Virus record (IMG/VR): IMGVR_UViG_3300035670_000099
Location: 29,612-93,611 of that record
DNA from: a virus
DNA length: 64,000 nt
Strand: one strand, 5' to 3'
Positions 29,158 to 38,500 of the stretch are shown in pieces. A program made the translations under genes and the position numbers. The notes under the pieces are model-generated. The model was given only the letters and a program-made list of their open reading frames with translations. It was not told where the DNA came from and searched no databases. Each line of letters starts with the position of its first letter. Positions within the stretch are counted from its first letter, which is position 1.

Positions 29158-29631
29158 TTAAAAATCTAAAGCAATGAATGAGTTTATTTTAGCACTTAAC
29201 TTTAAGCTGTACGTTGTGTAATCCACAATAATAAATGACTCAGCCCAATCAGATGGATTTGTGTTGCTAAAAAATGTTGCCTTGACTCTTGCATAATAAG
29301 TAGCTTTGGGCATATTTGAAAACGTGGCAAATGTCTCTATTGTGTTTTGAGTCATTTCCCATGCTCCTGTCAATCCTTTCTTAATCTCTACAACATATCC
29401 AATTGTCCATGGAGAATTTTGCAAAGAACCATTAATTGTCTGTTGAGGTGGAAGCCAAGAAACATAAATATCAAAAAAGTTTGCTCCTTCCGTGATTGGA
29501 ATACCATCAGCTGATAGTTTACCAATTGGATTAGTTGATACTGTAACTTCTCTTGGAACTACATTAACGTTGGGAGCATTAGAAGACACTCGTTGAGGCA
29601 ACGAATCAAAAGCCCATTGTACTGGTGTCAT
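29158..29631 (-). CDS. FN3-domain protein equivalent to the C-terminal part of gpJ
   Basis: VSWLPP...GYVVEIK...TYYARVKA...SDW. Confidence 0.7.
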   Translation of the reverse strand: MTPVQWAFDSLPQRVSSNAPNVNVVPREVTVSTNPIGKLSADGIPITEGANFFDIYVSWLPPQQTINGSLQNSPWTIGYVVEIKKGLTGAWEMTQNTIETFATFSNMPKATYYARVKATFFSNTNPSDWAESFIIVDYTTYSLKLSAKINSFIALDF

Positions 29632-31562
29632 ATTGTTGACATACTATCAATAAAACTATATTTAGTACTATCATATTCTGATGCAGTAATTTCATGCATA
29701 CCTTCAATCGTTTCTGAAACAGGCACTCTATTTATTACTCGATATTGTTTAGGAACAACAGAATTGCCGGATAATATCCAGTTAGATTCAGGTGGCGGTG
29801 CTGCACTAAAAGCAGAAGTTACTGTGACAACTGAAGTTGTATTAGCAGTGTTTTCTATTGTTTCTTGTTGCCAAGTACCATCACTCAAAGTAACACTAAT
29901 TTGGTATGTTTGCCCTGCCACTAACGTCACTGGACTATCTAGATTAATTGTGGTTGTAGTAGCTGAAACAATCAATCCTCCAGCACGCATTTCTAATCGT
30001 TCAGAGTCAGATATAGTAATAATATCTCCTGGCTTTATAAAAGCTGCATAAGCCCTAGCTTTAAATGTTACTGTCTCTTGTTCTAATCTATCAGAAATTA
30101 AAGCTGCTACTCCTGCTCGTCTTGCTTGTCCTCTGCTAGTACATGCAATAGCTTCTAATTCTAGTTCTTTAATTCCCCATTTTTGTATAGCAATTGGATC
30201 TTCTACCATCTCAACTGTTTTGCGGTAAAAATCAGCTGGATTTAGCCAACTTACTAATGCTACAGTTTTTTTGGATTTTAGCCCAACTCTGCTATATATA
30301 AAAACTCCATCTTCAACATCCGCTTGCGTAAATTGGTATTTTATAGCATCTGGTTTATCTGCAATAAATGTTATCGTTCCAGCCTGCCAATAAGCAAATC
30401 CTCTAAATATTGTTATCAAAGATTCCAGTACTTGGTATGCTTCTGTTTTGGCTTGTAAGACAATATTACATTGAAATCTTGGCTCATAAATTGGGCTACC
30501 ATTTGTGCTATATCCGCTTGGAACTAATTCATTACAGTATTTACTAATCTCGTATAATCCCCATTTATCTATTTGTTTAGTATCAATATACTTGCCAAGT
30601 CCATATCTAGTATTTGTAATTAAATCATATAAAATCCATGCTGGATCTGAAACAGCTACGTTTGGTGTTTGAAAAACTCCATTCCAAACGCCATCATAGA
30701 CAATACGTCTATTCAATCCATCTATTATGGCATTACTTGGAACTTGTACTAATCTCCCAAATACTTCAAATAAGACATTTGGAACTGAGCTAAACCCAGA
30801 TGTATCAAACGAAAAAGCTGCTAAAGCTGTATTTGGATAATTTAATTTTTTGTTTGTAATTTTTGCGTAAGAAACAAACGACATATTGCGTTGGTATCCA
30901 GCCTTTTCGGTTTCTGCATTATCTAAAGTAAGTTTGATAACTTTAATAGATAAATTACCCAACCCAGTAACTGGAGGAAATCTAAATCTATAATCAAATT
31001 CTGTTGGGCTTGAATAACGCCCAGAAACTACATTGTAATAAGTAAATAATGTTTCATAAGCATTATTTACTTCTCGTTGTATAATAATTTGAAATTCTAT
31101 ATTAGTTGTTTCAATATTACCATTATCTGGATTCTGTCTTTGCATTTGAAAAGACAATTTTACTTTAACTTCATCAGGAATACCACCTTGAATTTGTTGA
31201 GTAACACCAAGATTATTTCCTTCTCCATTCCATTCTACTGCTGAATTTACAGATATTTCGTTTGAAATAGTATCTCCAAATCCAAATAATTCAATTGGTG
31301 ATTGAATTTGGGTTCCTGCACGATAATCGAATTGAACATTCTTGAAATTATCACTATTATCTTCATTTTTGACTGGAGTTTCATCCAGATAAACTCTAGT
31401 CAATGGATTTGTTCCAAAACCTTGTATTGGGCCTTCTGATATTGCTCCTAAAATGTAAGCAACTGAAGTACTGGTTCCTGTTATTCTAGCAACATTAGGA
31501 GTTCCTCTTCCTCCTTTACCGCCGCCACTTCCTTGGATTTTTTTATGTTTTTTGTGTTTCAT
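29628..31562 (-). CDS. Central tail tip protein J-like (N-terminal part)
   Basis: GSGGGKGG, ISEGPIQG, YRAGTQ.Q, YPNTAL, DPAWILYDLITNTRYGLG, EPRF.CN, CTSRGQARR. Confidence 0.92.
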   Translation of the reverse strand: MKHKKHKKIQGSGGGKGGRGTPNVARITGTSTSVAYILGAISEGPIQGFGTNPLTRVYLDETPVKNEDNSDNFKNVQFDYRAGTQIQSPIELFGFGDTISNEISVNSAVEWNGEGNNLGVTQQIQGGIPDEVKVKLSFQMQRQNPDNGNIETTNIEFQIIIQREVNNAYETLFTYYNVVSGRYSSPTEFDYRFRFPPVTGLGNLSIKVIKLTLDNAETEKAGYQRNMSFVSYAKITNKKLNYPNTALAAFSFDTSGFSSVPNVLFEVFGRLVQVPSNAIIDGLNRRIVYDGVWNGVFQTPNVAVSDPAWILYDLITNTRYGLGKYIDTKQIDKWGLYEISKYCNELVPSGYSTNGSPIYEPRFQCNIVLQAKTEAYQVLESLITIFRGFAYWQAGTITFIADKPDAIKYQFTQADVEDGVFIYSRVGLKSKKTVALVSWLNPADFYRKTVEMVEDPIAIQKWGIKELELEAIACTSRGQARRAGVAALISDRLEQETVTFKARAYAAFIKPGDIITISDSERLEMRAGGLIVSATTTTINLDSPVTLVAGQTYQISVTLSDGTWQQETIENTANTTSVVTVTSAFSAAPPPESNWILSGNSVVPKQYRVINRVPVSETIEGMHEITASEYDSTKYSFIDSMSTI

Positions 31563-31564
31563 GG

Positions 31565-32587
31565 TTAAGAACCACCATGCTCATATTCTACATACGAAAC
31601 TTTCCAATGTATTTCTACTTTTTGGGAATAATCGTAATTTTGAGATAATCCAGATGTCACTGCTCTAACACGAATTGTCCAAGGGTTGACATTTGTATTG
31701 ACAAGAGAAGAACTGCACACAGCACTACCAAGCCCATCGTCATAAACGCAATTATATGGAGTTAAAGATACATCCTCTGTCAAAAATCCTTGTGAGTTAA
31801 AAATTAATTTATTTCCAGATATAATAAAACGAGAATTATAAGTATCTCCATCCCCTTGCACTAAAGAGAAAGTAACAGGAGAGTTATTTGGATCTCCCAA
31901 GAATTGAAGAGTAGCAAGTTCACTATTTGCTTGGTATAAATTAGGATCAAATGAAGCTTGATCTCCTAATAAAGTTTGACTTTGAAATCTTATCTGAAGT
32001 GGATTACCACTAATTGAACTATCTACTCTACTTGAAATAACATACATACCTGTTTGTATTCTCCCATACACAATAGGCATTCTACCGCCTTCTTGTGTGT
32101 TGTTAGGCAATCCTCCTATTGATTTACTCGTTGGCTCCTCTTCCGGCTTGGCTGGCTTAAATAAAGAGCTAATACCAGCAAGTAGTAAAATACTTCCTAA
32201 TAAAATTGTGGTGCTAGATTTAAGAATATGTGATCCCCAAATTGGAATTCCACCTGGAACCCAAATAGCTAAAGCAAACATTGCAGCAGCGCCGAGCCAC
32301 ATCCACCAATTGTCTCCACTGCCAGCAAGCACAGGGACAATTCTAATGTTACGTACTTTCTTAGATATTGGGCAGCTAAGCTTGTCAATTTTATCGTTAG
32401 TTATGTTTTCATGTCCAACAACTATGCGATATCTTACGCCGCGATTTTCAGCATCTTGTAAATAACTTAAAAAATTGCTAAAATTAGCTTTTAAAGCACG
32501 AAGTACTTCAGCAACTGATTCTACTGCTAAATCAAGTTTGCTTGTAAATAAATCGCCTAATTCACCTTCTAGGAAGACAGAGATCAT
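31565..32587 (-). CDS. Tail assembly protein I-like with C-terminal cadherin-like extension
   Basis: VFLEGELG...IRIVPVLAGSG, hydrophobic hairpin, NNTQEGGRMPIVYG; then FSLVQGDGDTYNSRFIISGNKL...IRVRA. Confidence 0.85.
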   Translation of the reverse strand: MISVFLEGELGDLFTSKLDLAVESVAEVLRALKANFSNFLSYLQDAENRGVRYRIVVGHENITNDKIDKLSCPISKKVRNIRIVPVLAGSGDNWWMWLGAAAMFALAIWVPGGIPIWGSHILKSSTTILLGSILLLAGISSLFKPAKPEEEPTSKSIGGLPNNTQEGGRMPIVYGRIQTGMYVISSRVDSSISGNPLQIRFQSQTLLGDQASFDPNLYQANSELATLQFLGDPNNSPVTFSLVQGDGDTYNSRFIISGNKLIFNSQGFLTEDVSLTPYNCVYDDGLGSAVCSSSLVNTNVNPWTIRVRAVTSGLSQNYDYSQKVEIHWKVSYVEYEHGGS

Positions 32588-32915
32588 GAGTTATCCTATT
32601 ATTCCTTTGGTTCCAAATTGGGACAGCACAAAGTCAGAGCAATCAAATATTATTGTAACTAAATACCAGCCTAACACAATTGAGGCAAGATCATCAAGAA
32701 CTAAAATCAATACCACAAATGTTACTTTCTCCGTGTCTGTTAATATAACTAATGGAACTGCTGTAGACACATTCTTGAGAGAACGTAATGGCAAAGCATT
32801 TAGAGTGGAAAATGACACTATGCTTTACTCTTGTACAGAATGGACTATACAAGCATTGGGAGAAGGTGTTGATTTATTCTCAGCTACATTTGAACAAGTT
32901 AGGAGATTTTTATGA
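32586..32915 (+). CDS. Minor tail protein M-like paralog
   Basis: VDTFLRERNGKAF...YSCTEW...FSATFEQV; ATG 32586 preferred. Confidence 0.8.
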   Translation: MSYPIIPLVPNWDSTKSEQSNIIVTKYQPNTIEARSSRTKINTTNVTFSVSVNITNGTAVDTFLRERNGKAFRVENDTMLYSCTEWTIQALGEGVDLFSATFEQVRRFL

Positions 32916-33643
32916 TTCCAAATTTATTAAGTTTAAATCCAGATTCATTTATAGAATTATATGAGATATATAAATACAGAGTGGAAGATATAAATAAAGA
33001 TGAAGCTGCACAAAATCCTAACGTGCCATCAACGATGATTGAAACAATTAGGATTGGTAGTATAGCCATGGATGAAAACACACCATGGGTTGTCTTTGAA
33101 GGCAAAACTTATTATGCAGTTGGATGTCAAGGAGAAGGATTTGATTTAATTGGACGTGGTACTATTCCTACTCCAACATTAACTGTATCTAACGTTGGTG
33201 GTATTTTGACTAAATGGCTAAAAGACAGTAGAGATCCAGCATACAGACTGGAAGGTACTCACGTCAAAAGACATGTGACTCAAAAAAGATTTTTAGATGG
33301 ACAAGTAGATGCTAATGCTGGGGTAAAAGAACTGCCAATACAAATTTATGTTATTGAACAGCTAGTAGAAGAGAACTATACTAACGCAAAATTCAGACTC
33401 GGATCTGCCTTTGACGTTGAGGGAATAACATTGCCAGCTAGAGTAATGGTGCGTAGCTGCACTTGGGTATATCGTAGTCCAGAATGCAGTTACGCTAATC
33501 CTGCAAAATTTACAATAAATAATGAGCCAACCCAAAATGCAAGTGAAGATTTCTGTGCAAAAACTATTGCAGCTTGTGAAACAAGATTTGGTGCAGGCAG
33601 TATATTACCATTTGGTGGATTCCCAGGATTAAATACTTACTAA
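32912..33643 (+). CDS. Minor tail protein L-like
   Basis: IELYEI, GFD..G.G..PTPTLTVSNV, CTWVYRSPECSY, CAKTIAACETRFG...LPFGGFPG (Fe-S Cys motif). Confidence 0.92.
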   Translation: MIPNLLSLNPDSFIELYEIYKYRVEDINKDEAAQNPNVPSTMIETIRIGSIAMDENTPWVVFEGKTYYAVGCQGEGFDLIGRGTIPTPTLTVSNVGGILTKWLKDSRDPAYRLEGTHVKRHVTQKRFLDGQVDANAGVKELPIQIYVIEQLVEENYTNAKFRLGSAFDVEGITLPARVMVRSCTWVYRSPECSYANPAKFTINNEPTQNASEDFCAKTIAACETRFGAGSILPFGGFPGLNTY

Positions 33644-33840
33644 ACCTCGGATTCGTTGCGTTTTAATTTCATGTATATCTTTATCTTGTTCCGTAGTTCT
33701 AGCTCCTGTATTAATCCACTAACAACTAATCTATTTACGATTGAACTGATAGATTCTTCTGTTTCTTGATGGATTGATTGTAAAACAGCAAAAACATCAG
33801 TTGATACAGACACGGAAACTTGTTTCATATTACCTCTCAT
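33640..33840 (-). CDS. Ribbon-helix-helix regulator
   Basis: KQVSVSVSTDVFAVLQSI...SISSIVNRLV. Confidence 0.65.
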   Translation of the reverse strand: MRGNMKQVSVSVSTDVFAVLQSIHQETEESISSIVNRLVVSGLIQELELRNKIKIYMKLKRNESEV

Positions 33841-33887
33841 TGCTTACTAAATTAACTATACATTATGTATAATGTACATAGCAAAAA

Positions 33888-33907
33888 AGTCCGACTTTAG
33901 TCGGACT
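33888..33907. promoter_or_regulatory. Palindromic operator between divergent regulators
   Basis: AGTCCGAC-TTTA-GTCGGACT, abutting the RBS of 33924. Confidence 0.6.
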
Positions 33908-33923
33908 AAAGGAGGTAACATAC

Positions 33924-34205
33924 ATGGAAATTATAACTAAATTTAATCCTATCCCAGACAAATATTCCTCTTTGGATAGACTCATGTGTCCACTAGAATT
34001 TAAACAAAAGTGGAAATTAACGATAGACGAGATGTCTTGGGTGCTGCAAATTAGTCCGGATACTTTTAAGTCTTGGGCTGTACCTGAGACAAGTGCCAAA
34101 AGCAGAAAAACACCTTTAATTGCTTTTGTTGCTTGCAAAGCATTAGATACTCTTTGGGAAAAGCAAGGTATGCCCAACGTTAGAATTTTGATGAATTTGC
34201 ATTAA
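33924..34205 (+). CDS. HTH-like DNA-binding protein
   Basis: FKQKWKLTIDEMSWVLQISPDTFKSW; strong RBS GGAGGT. Confidence 0.65.
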   Translation: MEIITKFNPIPDKYSSLDRLMCPLEFKQKWKLTIDEMSWVLQISPDTFKSWAVPETSAKSRKTPLIAFVACKALDTLWEKQGMPNVRILMNLH

Positions 34206-34227
34206 AAACTAATTTAATTACGAAACT

Positions 34228-34264
34228 GTGTACTTTGTCCGCATTATTTGTGTACAAAGTACAC
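34228..34264. promoter_or_regulatory. 11-bp inverted repeat
   Basis: GTGTACTTTGT-15 nt-ACAAAGTACAC. Confidence 0.55.
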
Positions 34265-34306
34265 TTGCTTTATATATACTTTGTTTTTATAGTTTAAGCA
34301 TAGTTC

Positions 34307-34347
34307 CAGAAACATTCCAGAAATAGTTCGGAAGTAAGACGGAAGTA
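34307..34347 (-). repeat. Array of four 8-mers (TAnTTCyG on the minus strand) at 11-bp period
   Basis: Plus strand CAGAAACA 34307, CAGAAATA 34318, CGGAAGTA 34329, CGGAAGTA 34340. Confidence 0.75.
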
Positions 34348-34357
34348 AGGAGGAAAA

Positions 34358-34732
34358 ATGGATACAGACATTTTGTATCCTGTTAAACACAAAAGACAGT
34401 ATAGGAGGAAAACTCAGTCATCGGTGGTGTTATCTGATTGCACCAGAGAAGCAATTGCACTTGAGCTGGAAGTATCTACTAGAACTGTTCAAGAGTTAAT
34501 CAGAATTGCATCAACGTATATTGATTTGTTTAATGAGTATACAGATGACAATTACAGATTAAATGGTTTGCCAATAGATTCAAAACAACAAGTTGAAGTG
34601 CTAAGGCAAATCAGACAAGTTAGGCAAAAGTACAGACACGTCAAAGACAAATCCTTTATCAAGAAGGAGTATCAAAAAATCAACGAAAAGGTTAAGGAGG
34701 AACAAAATGGCAGTCAAGAAAGTAACAGTTAA
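34358..34732 (+). CDS. HTH DNA-binding protein
   Basis: TREAIALELEVSTRTVQELIR; RBS GGAGG. Confidence 0.7.
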   Translation: MDTDILYPVKHKRQYRRKTQSSVVLSDCTREAIALELEVSTRTVQELIRIASTYIDLFNEYTDDNYRLNGLPIDSKQQVEVLRQIRQVRQKYRHVKDKSFIKKEYQKINEKVKEEQNGSQESNS

Positions 34733-35309
34733 AGATGTTGCAGCCTCAATTGGCTGGACAGTCAAAGAGTTGGTAACAAGGCTAAATCAAGAGCCTAACA
34801 TTAATGTCGCTCCTAGCGAAGCTTTTCCGACTTTGTCAGAGGACAGCGAGTTGTGGAAGCAAATCCAAGCTGCTGCTCAAAAAAGTCAAGTTAGTCAAGA
34901 GCCAGTTAAAGAGTCTGTCGCTATTGGAGAAGGCGAGATTAGTCCATACCAAACGCCAATACAAACAGTTGACACATTAGCTGAAGCTCAGAAAGTATTA
35001 GCAGAAGAGACAACTGGCATTCAAGTAGAACAAGCTCGTATACTTGGCTCTGTTGCTGGCATTAATGAAACCATTACATATTTTACAGCACGCCAACAAG
35101 TCACTGAAGCATTGCTTAGACATCATATTGAGCAACAAACTAATCTCACAGATAGTTTAATCGGAAAAGCCCAAGAATCTTCATTTGAGCTGCACAAGCA
35201 GACAAGAAATAGCTTGTCAGGAGCCTATGAATTAAAAAAAACTCTAGAAGAGCAAAAAGCCAGACTGAAAAACATAGTGACGCAAATGACACAATCATTT
35301 GGGATGTAA
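34707..35309 (+). CDS. Protein with N-terminal HTH-like segment and coiled coil
   Basis: VTVKDVAASIGWTVKELVTRL; Gln/Glu-rich helical C-terminus. Confidence 0.7.
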   Translation: MAVKKVTVKDVAASIGWTVKELVTRLNQEPNINVAPSEAFPTLSEDSELWKQIQAAAQKSQVSQEPVKESVAIGEGEISPYQTPIQTVDTLAEAQKVLAEETTGIQVEQARILGSVAGINETITYFTARQQVTEALLRHHIEQQTNLTDSLIGKAQESSFELHKQTRNSLSGAYELKKTLEEQKARLKNIVTQMTQSFGM

Positions 35310-35374
35310 TTAAGCTGGTTGATGAATCGACTTTAGCGCAAATAGAGTTAGCAATATCGATTGGACAAATTGAT

Positions 35375-35605
35375 ATGCTTCAGCAAATTCTAACAAGAAG
35401 AAAGGAGTTAATTAAAATCATGATTGACACATTGTTAGGAGTATCAAGTGTAGCAGGAGTGGCGACTATAGCGAGTTATTTTGCTGTTGCCACTGCTGTA
35501 GTCAATCCAGTTGTATTAACGGCATTAGGTGCAGCTGCTTTTTTAAGCGGTGTCTATATGCAATTTTCATCATCTAATTCAATTCAAATTACCCGGAGAA
35601 AATAA
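35375..35605 (+). CDS. Small 2-TM membrane protein
   Basis: Two hydrophobic segments; own start probably ATG 35420 (AAGGAG RBS). Confidence 0.65.
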   Translation: MLQQILTRRKELIKIMIDTLLGVSSVAGVATIASYFAVATAVVNPVVLTALGAAAFLSGVYMQFSSSNSIQITRRK

Positions 35606-35606
35606 C

Positions 35607-35864
35607 ATGTTGCTTAACGGAAAAGAACAAATCACAAGTCGTGTAGTAACTCAAATTACTAATACTACGTTGGAAAATGGTGGTACTTTGCATGACAAAA
35701 TAGAAACGCATTATTCACCAATTAATTCACACGTTGATAATGCTTTTTCTGCTGCAATTGTACCTTTAGCAATTGCTCTTGGCATATCCGGAGTAATTGC
35801 AGTATCTAACTGGACAGCGCCTCAATCACAGTCAAGAACATCATCCATTTGCTCAAATCAATAG
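35607..35864 (+). CDS. Small single-TM protein
   Basis: AAIVPLAIALGISGVIAV; GGAG RBS before ATG 35607. Confidence 0.6.
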   Translation: MLLNGKEQITSRVVTQITNTTLENGGTLHDKIETHYSPINSHVDNAFSAAIVPLAIALGISGVIAVSNWTAPQSQSRTSSICSNQ

Positions 35865-36282
35865 AGGCAACATGCTTAGCACATTGAAAGGATTTTTCTC
35901 TAACACAGGAGACAAATTAGAAAACATTCTGTATGGAGTCAATAAGCCAATTTTCCCATACGTTTACGAAGTAAGTGAGGAGGAAGTGAAGCAAATTACT
36001 GAAGACGCAACTGCAACAGAACAAATGGCTGCAAGAGTAAAAGCATATCTAAAAGCAGTGGAAAGAAAAACCAAAAGTGTTGAAGAAATGTTTAATGCAA
36101 ACAATGCTCTTGAAAAGTCAACGATGGCAACTGCTGAAAGACTACATGACAAAAACAAGATGATGTATGCCGCTCGAAAGGAATACAAAAAACAATTGCC
36201 TTTTAGCGTCAAGAGATACTTGCACCCAGCAAGGATTGTAGGCGATTCTACAGCAAACATTATCAAAGGAATTTGTCAATGA
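35797..36282 (+). CDS. Coiled-coil hypothetical protein
   Basis: ORF track; likely start MLSTLK. Confidence 0.6.
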   Translation: MQYLTGQRLNHSQEHHPFAQINRGNMLSTLKGFFSNTGDKLENILYGVNKPIFPYVYEVSEEEVKQITEDATATEQMAARVKAYLKAVERKTKSVEEMFNANNALEKSTMATAERLHDKNKMMYAARKEYKKQLPFSVKRYLHPARIVGDSTANIIKGICQ

Positions 36283-36536
36283 TGGAAGACGAAAGAATGA
36301 CAGATATTCAGAATTCAGCAAGGTGGATGTTAGGAGCCAATCAAATACTAATCGTCATAGCTTTTGGTGCTTTTACTGGCTATTTATCCCGCTATTATCC
36401 ACCTTCTAGTTCTGTCACGATAACAGTAATTACGTTTGCATGTATTTGTGGATTTCTGTTTCCAGCTACAAGAAAAATACTACTTTTAGTTGGAATATTT
36501 TATGGACTAGGACTTGTCCTTAGTCATTTGAATTAA
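36273..36536 (+). CDS. Small 3-TM membrane protein
   Basis: Three hydrophobic segments. Confidence 0.65.
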   Translation: MSMMEDERMTDIQNSARWMLGANQILIVIAFGAFTGYLSRYYPPSSSVTITVITFACICGFLFPATRKILLLVGIFYGLGLVLSHLN

Positions 36537-36600
36537 TTGTTTAGGAGATGCCAAGTGGATACCATTACTTGCCTCCTTATTCATTTTAAAGGGAGGTATT

Positions 36601-38433
36601 ATGTTCTTTTTTAAATCAAAAGCAAAACCTAAAGTTGTACACAAGAAATTTGAATTAAGTCCAGTTGTGTTGTACAACTTAATTGGAGTAACAATTTTAG
36701 TTTTTACACCTGCAATGATTAGCTGGAAAAATGCTAAAGAGTTGCGAGTAGCAAGTAGTGCCGTAGCAGTAATGTACTCTATGGTATTGTTAAAATATGC
36801 CCAAAACAATATTGATGAAGCTGATAGACTTGCCATAGAAAAAGAGCATTACTTTACGGCTTATGCTAATGCTTCTGGGGATGTTTATTTAAATTCAGAA
36901 CAACAAATCAAAAATGCTTTGTTGCCTCCTGCTTCTAGTCCAGAAGTAGACTTAGAAGTTCTGCATCCATTAGAAGATACACTCTTAAAATTAGGCATCA
37001 AAGCAACAATAGATGGAGAACCAATAGATTCTCCTACGTTTACTAGATTCAAGATAGTGCCTGACAAAGGAGTGCATTATCAAAAATTTAATAATTTATC
37101 AGATACCCTAAAAGTTCACATGGGGTATGATACGCCTCCACTGATTTCATGTCAAAGCAAGTATGTCTCGATTGATGTAGCAAAGACAGACTCAGAAAGA
37201 CGTTTTTGTGAATATCATGAATACTCAAACAATTTGAATTATTCTCTTGAGAAGTTCACTGTTCCTATTGGAGTTGATATCAATAACAATCTTGTTGAAG
37301 TGTCGTTATCAGATGCTAACTCCCCTCATTTATTGATTGCTGGAACTACTGGTAGTGGCAAGAGTGGTTGGTTAGTAGCTTGCATAACTAGTTTACTGGA
37401 TAGATTCCCTGCTGATAAATGCAGAGTATTTTTGATTGATCCAAAGCTAGTTGAGTTTGATATTTTTGAAAAATACAAACAAGTTGAGTTGGTAACAAAA
37501 CAAGAAGACGCTCTTACTTTGTTGCACAATTTACTTAACACAATGGAAAGTAGATATGAGCTGTTCAAAAAACATAAAGCACGGGATTTATCTCAATACA
37601 ATAGAGAAAATCCTAAGAATATTATGCCACGAGTTGTGGTGTGTTTTGATGAATACGCAACATTTATGGTAGGAGACAGCAAAGACGATTTTAACGATTG
37701 CTTATCTCAACTAGCACAGAGAGCGAGAAGTGCTGGAATACACCTTGTATTAGCTACTCAGCGTCCTGATGCGACAATTGTCACGCCTAGGATACGCTCT
37801 AACATACCTACTCGCATTGCATTAAAGACTATCCAACACCAGGATAGTGCTATAATTTTAGGAGTAGAAGATGGCACTTTAAATTCCAAGAATTTGTGTG
37901 GTAAAGGTGATTTAATTGCTAATTACAATGGCAAGCTAGAAAGACTGCAAGGATTGTATGTCAAAGATGTAGATTACACGTTATCAAATACTGAAATCAA
38001 GGAGTTAACAAATGTAGATTCACCTTGCCAAAATGACGAGATTGCCTATAGCTATGGTGAAGCACAAGATAGCGAGAAAGGTGAAGTGTATACTCACTTC
38101 TCCAAAACAGCTAAAAAGGATAGTGTACAAGCATTTGAGTCTAAAAACAAATTTGTAACTAGCTTAGTGAAGCTAAAAATCGCTGCCTTAATGTCTGGGG
38201 ATATAGACGAAACTGAGCCGTTATTTGATGATAGTTATGGGCTGTCATCAGAGCAGCAGCTTTTAGTGTTGAAGTTTTTTCTAGACAAAAACATAGGCAA
38301 AGAACGCACAATTAAAGCTCTATGGGGAACAAGTTCTGGTGGTAAAAATCATCATAAATATCAAAAATCAAGTGCTATTTATGATGACATGATATCTAAA
38401 ATAAAAGAACTTGAATACTTAACACAAGTGTAA
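36601..38433 (+). CDS. FtsK/SpoIIIE-family DNA translocase ATPase with N-terminal TM segments
   Basis: PHLLIAGTTGSGKS, LIDPK.VEF, VVCFDEYA, LAQRARSAGIHLVLATQRP, RIAL, LCGKGD; two N-terminal TMs; small C-terminal helical domain. Confidence 0.92.
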   Translation: MFFFKSKAKPKVVHKKFELSPVVLYNLIGVTILVFTPAMISWKNAKELRVASSAVAVMYSMVLLKYAQNNIDEADRLAIEKEHYFTAYANASGDVYLNSEQQIKNALLPPASSPEVDLEVLHPLEDTLLKLGIKATIDGEPIDSPTFTRFKIVPDKGVHYQKFNNLSDTLKVHMGYDTPPLISCQSKYVSIDVAKTDSERRFCEYHEYSNNLNYSLEKFTVPIGVDINNNLVEVSLSDANSPHLLIAGTTGSGKSGWLVACITSLLDRFPADKCRVFLIDPKLVEFDIFEKYKQVELVTKQEDALTLLHNLLNTMESRYELFKKHKARDLSQYNRENPKNIMPRVVVCFDEYATFMVGDSKDDFNDCLSQLAQRARSAGIHLVLATQRPDATIVTPRIRSNIPTRIALKTIQHQDSAIILGVEDGTLNSKNLCGKGDLIANYNGKLERLQGLYVKDVDYTLSNTEIKELTNVDSPCQNDEIAYSYGEAQDSEKGEVYTHFSKTAKKDSVQAFESKNKFVTSLVKLKIAALMSGDIDETEPLFDDSYGLSSEQQLLVLKFFLDKNIGKERTIKALWGTSSGGKNHHKYQKSSAIYDDMISKIKELEYLTQV

Positions 38434-38448
38434 TATTAAATATTGTGT

Positions 38449-38500
38449 TAGTTCCGTTTTACTTCTGTTGTAGTTCTGCTTTACTGCCGAAGTATTACCG
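38449..38500 (+). repeat. Array of five 8-mers (TAnTTCyG) at 11-bp period just after the FtsK-like stop
   Basis: TAGTTCCG 38449, TACTTCTG 38460, TAGTTCTG 38471, TACTGCCG 38482, TATTACCG 38493. Confidence 0.7.

Noticed and set aside
29158-31562. gpJ as a frameshifted pseudogene
   Set aside because: The two parts are joined by a clean ATGA stop/start overlap, typical of coupled genes.
36548-36590. Mini-ORF MPSGYHYLPPYSF with AGGAG upstream of the FtsK-like gene
   Set aside because: Too short to support without conservation data.
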